From assembly GCA_043228905.1 (NCBI GenBank), contig JBHGNT010000142.1, forward strand, positions 1 through 64,000: 64,000 bases of DNA. Direction: 5' to 3'. A program made the position numbers and the translations under genes. Shown piece by piece: positions 60,390-64,000 of the stretch. How positions within the stretch are numbered: position 1 is the stretch's first letter; every line of letters begins with the position of its first letter. Origin of the DNA: Azolla caroliniana (lineage: Eukaryota; Plantae; Polypodiophyta). The notes under the pieces are model-generated. The model was not told the origin of the DNA and ran no database searches. It was given only the letters and a program-made list of their open reading frames with translations.

Positions 60390-60727
60390 CCTCTATGAGC
60401 TGCAAGTACCTACCCGCATAATTTCCTTTAAGAGACCCTATTACATGACTAGGTCATTCCTTAACAGTGTGTGGAAGGTTAGAGAACCATCCACGAGGAC
60501 CAGCCCGAAAAGAAAAGCTGCCTCCTGAACAAGTCACCTATAGCGTTGACGTGGACAAGCCCGGGATGCGCCCTCAGAGGCTGACCTGCGGCCGGCGGAA
60601 GAAGCGGAAAACCGCTCTTCTTTTCTTTGGCACTCTGGATCCACCTGCTAAACAAGCGGTGCTCCAGAAACCAGCAAATCGCCTACCAAAGATAGACAGG
60701 GAAAGCGTGTTCTGAAAGCAGCAGGCA

Positions 60728-60801
60728 GCACCGATAGCTCAATCGGATAGAGTACCTGGCTTCGAACCAGGTGGTTAGAGGTTCAAGTCCCCTTCGGTGC
60801 A
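60728..60801 (+). tRNA. trnR: tRNA-Arg(UCG), chlamydial type
   Basis: gcaccgatagctcaatcggatagagtacctggctTCGaaccaggtggttagaggttcaagtccccttcggtgca resembles the horizontally acquired chlamydial-like trnR-UCG known from fern mitochondria. Confidence 0.9.
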
Positions 60802-61449
60802 CACAAACCTTCCTTGAATGTTTCATAGAACGGTGTTGTTCTCCGGGAATTCTCGGTCGGCATGTTGGAGTGTCGGAGCCAAACCTTAATCTCATTTAAG
60901 TGGTATGGCGCTGCTAGATGACATTTGGTTCATTATCTTCTTCATACATAGAGGTAGGCAATTTCAGGCGCTACAACCCTACCTTAACCGGGCCACTTCA
61001 CGTTTGGTTATTATTAACGTGAGAAATCGATAGGACCAAGTAAATTAGCGTACCATTGGTTTGCTGCTTTCTTTGAGGTCCTTTCCAATTCGTTTCTGCA
61101 AACTCCTTTCTTTTCACCTAGTGAGAGGAAAGTGCCTTAAGAAGGCATTTCAAGACGAAAGTAGGTTGGTTGTGAGCAGCTGACTATATGCGCCCCTCGC
61201 ACACTGTCTTAGCATAAACTGCGGGACGGGATTCATCAAATAAATAGGGGCGGCGGCCCGGCCCGGCCCGGCCCGGCCCGGCCGGATGAAGCCGGCCAAA
61301 AGGCAGGCACAAGCCAAAGAACGACGATATCGGCCTTCATGCTTGCTTGCTTGCTTGCTTGCTTGCTGCCGTTGTATATCACCGCATGAAGGCCTAGAAA
61401 TCCACATGAAGCAAGCACGATGAACCGCTTCTTCCGCATGAACCGCCTT

Positions 61450-61481
<32 letters not shown>

Positions 61482-61555
61482 ATGAAGCCGCACGGTTCAA
61501 CGCCAAGGAATAAAGGCAAAGTAACCGGCCGGCTCGTAAGTAATTATTTAATTTC

Positions 61556-61628
61556 AGGAGAATAGTTCCAATGGTAGAACAATGGTCTCCAAAACCAAAG
61601 GTTAAGGGTTCGAATCCCTTTTCTCCTG
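61556..61628 (+). tRNA. trnW: tRNA-Trp(CCA)
   Basis: aggagaatagttccaatggtagaacaatggtctCCAaaaccaaaggttaagggttcgaatcccttttctcctg. Confidence 0.93.
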
Positions 61629-62382
61629 ATTACCTGGCTTGGTACGAAGAGGTTGCGGGTCTCTTTACCTTGTTTTATCACCGGAATAGTCGAGACGACC
61701 TAGAATAGGCCTCTCTCCAAGTCCATACATGTCTATTGCCAGGGTTCTTCCTCATCCATAATACTCTGCTTTCCAGATCTCGAGGATGTTGGAGTAGAAC
61801 AGGCGGCATATAATTCAAAAGAACCATCGGTATCAGTACCGATGCCGTACATGGTACTATTATGTATGTATGTATGTTAGGATACGCATCAGAGTAAAAT
61901 GACGTAGCTTCGCCACTATCTAGTTGGATTTCCATTGAAACATTACCAAATTAGATTTTCCGCACCTATTTCTTTCAGAACAGCTAGCCAAGTCAGACCT
62001 TGGGCCTATCTCTATAGGTTGGTTTTTCAGATCCCATCACTCCAGGCTCAGTCGATCTTGGATCTTGCTCAATAGATCATATCTTTGGTATCTCACTGCC
62101 TGCGGTTCATCGCTGAAGGCGTTTGTTTAACTGTCTGTGCGGGGTCCATCGCTTCGCCTAGTCCTTGCACATGGTAGCACTTGGTTGCACTCATTCCTTC
62201 TTCGCATGGCTTAATGCATGCAAGAAGTATCCGTTCCGTAAAGGCAACGTTTCTCCAAGAAAGAAGAGCGAGGCATGCGGCGTTGCCGATGAAAGGCGGC
62301 GATGCCTTCCAAGCCGAGTGAGAAGAATGACTCAGACAAGAAGGCTATGAATGAGCAATGCTTTGAATGCCGCCTTAGGATC

Positions 62383-62454
62383 CTGGAGTAAAAGGATTCG
62401 AACCTTTGCGTGTCGGTATCAAAAACCGATGCCTTACCGCTTGGCTATACTCCA
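62383..62454 (-). tRNA. trnQ: tRNA-Gln(UUG), canonical
   Basis: tggagtatagccaagcggtaaggcatcggtttTTGataccgacacgcaaaggttcgaatccttttactccag, with U1-A72. Confidence 0.94.
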
Positions 62455-62557
62455 TACAGTGGTAACCAAGGAAGAGAAGCAAAGCTCAGAGAACGGAATT
62501 TGCTTGCTGGGCGCAGCAAAGTAGTGAAAGACTGGCGAGTTAGGTATGGCAAGTAAA

Positions 62558-62631
62558 TAGGCTTAGTAGGGCTCGAACCTACAATATTACCGTTATGAGC
62601 GGTACGTTTCAACCAATTAAACTATAAGCCC
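62558..62631 (-). tRNA. trnI: tRNA-Ile(CAU, lysidine type)
   Basis: gggcttatagtttaattggttgaaacgtaccgctCATaacggtaatattgtaggttcgagccctactaagccta. Confidence 0.9.
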
Positions 62632-63242
62632 ACTGCTGGCTGGCTGGCTGGCTGTTAGCCCTCTCAAGTAATGGAGTCGATGGATCTGTTGAGGGCAAAG
62701 CAGCCATATTTTTCTCCTTGAAAGATTAAGGACATAAACTTTTCAAATAGCTACACCTGGTTCTGGACCGATTGATGTGGATACAGAAGAGCAGGATGTG
62801 CTACCCATCATGGATAGCATAGTTCGAGCAACACTGAACTGAAAGGTATGACTGAAGTGTAATCGTTTTGTTGGCAGGCAAATAGACGACATATTCCTAG
62901 GGGGTTTTTTACCGATGCAGCACGCACGAAAAAATCGACTCGACTTTTCTTCGATGATTTAGACAGAGATTTCACCACCTACCACGAGTGGAATGGCAAG
63001 GTTCTGCCAGGACACCCAGCGGCAAGACAACCGTGAAAGGAAAGGCAGGGCCAAAGGATTATCATCCATCTCAGCCAGCGCGGAAAGAAAAGAAAAGAAG
63101 AGCTCTGCTTGCTCTTTTTGACAATAATTTCGCTACTCCAGTCATGGGCAGCATTATTACATGCATAGGGCGGACCCGAGCTCTTTTCGCTGCAGTTTTC
63201 CCTACGGCTTTCCTCCCCTCCTTTGGAAGTGTCAGCTAACTC

Positions 63243-63806
63243 CTGGAATCCCCCTTTCCCTCCTTCTAAGAAAACCATGCTCGGTTAGATCAGTGTGGAC
63301 TGATGTTTCGTTCCACTGCTGCTGGAAAAGCCGCCAAATTCGTCACTGACTGGAGAGCGGGAACGACTCACTATCTCGTCTTATTCTCAGAGGCGAGAAT
63401 GCTCTCAAATGGCTAACGGTGCTTTCAACTAAAGTTCCATTTCTTAACACAGCGAGGCTTATACTGTTTATTCGTACGACAATGCGCGACGCTCCACTAT
63501 CCCATTGAAAAAGGATTCCGCAATCATTTACGTACTTAAACGCAGACTGAGTAATAGTAATTCATGCCATTCCTCGGGCTCAGACCACAGAGCTTCCTAG
63601 GAACTGGGAAAATGCTATAAATCTGTTTAAATAGCTTCGCTTTTTGCCCTAAAAGTCGCTCTGAAAATGTCACTTAGAGTGTTTTGACTAAGGGAAACAA
63701 AACCCACTAGACGAACAGCTACTAATATTTCCTCATTATATATTATTATTCATTCCAAACTCAAAACGCTAGAAATTGAAATAGCAAATAAAATCAATTC
63801 GCGCGT
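63243..63806 (-). CDS. atp4: ATP synthase subunit 4 (b)
   Basis: ACG start, then MRELILFAI.I.SVLS...IIIYNEEILVAV..VGFV..SQ.TL...SLR.ST(Q)MI.ES...DEFG...KHQSTLI..SMVFL. The stop is probably made by editing CAG at 63245; otherwise the frame runs to 62979. Confidence 0.92.
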
Positions 63807-64000
63807 AAATCGTACTTATATTCTGTTGCTCTTCCTTGTCTGTTCTCGATATTCATGGCAGTTTCTTGGCCTTCATGCAGGCAAGCAAAAGGGCGGGCGC
63901 CACCAGCATGCATTTCTGGACTCGTGCCCGAAGAAAAGAAGCGGGCGGTAAGAAGCGGTTTTCATCATCCGGCGGGAGTGAAAAGAAAAGTTAGGTCGGG

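Overview
This window is a segment of a land-plant mitochondrial genome, almost certainly a leptosporangiate fern. Every protein gene is full of in-frame TAA/TAG/TGA codons and several have ACG starts, so both U-to-C and C-to-U RNA editing are needed. It also carries introns rps1i25g2 and nad5i1242g2 and a chlamydial-type trnR-UCG. Because of the editing, most ORFs in the supplied track are spurious, and genes were read by manual translation. Recognised genes are tatC, nad7 (two inverted copies), rps1, cox3, rps4, cox2, nad6, nad5, rps2, atp4, a truncated rpl6, rrnL, rrnS, rrn5 and about 15 tRNA loci. Spacers hold mitovirus RdRp fossils, a plasmid RNA-polymerase fragment, orphan group II intron pieces, microsatellites and palindromic repeats. 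The most notable feature is a group I intron in rrnL whose L8 loop holds a copy of the rrnS leader module. A second, promoter-led copy of only the intron 3' half plus the rrnL 3' exon exists elsewhere, suggesting a cis-to-trans-splicing transition caught in progress. Other highlights are a Leu-type tRNA with a Gln (UUG) anticodon explainable by a microinversion, tRNA-like elements with expanded anticodon loops abutting nad7 and rrnL, and a conserved AACTGCCATGA element upstream of several genes. All calls come from reading the sequence by eye, and gene ends that depend on editing are uncertain.
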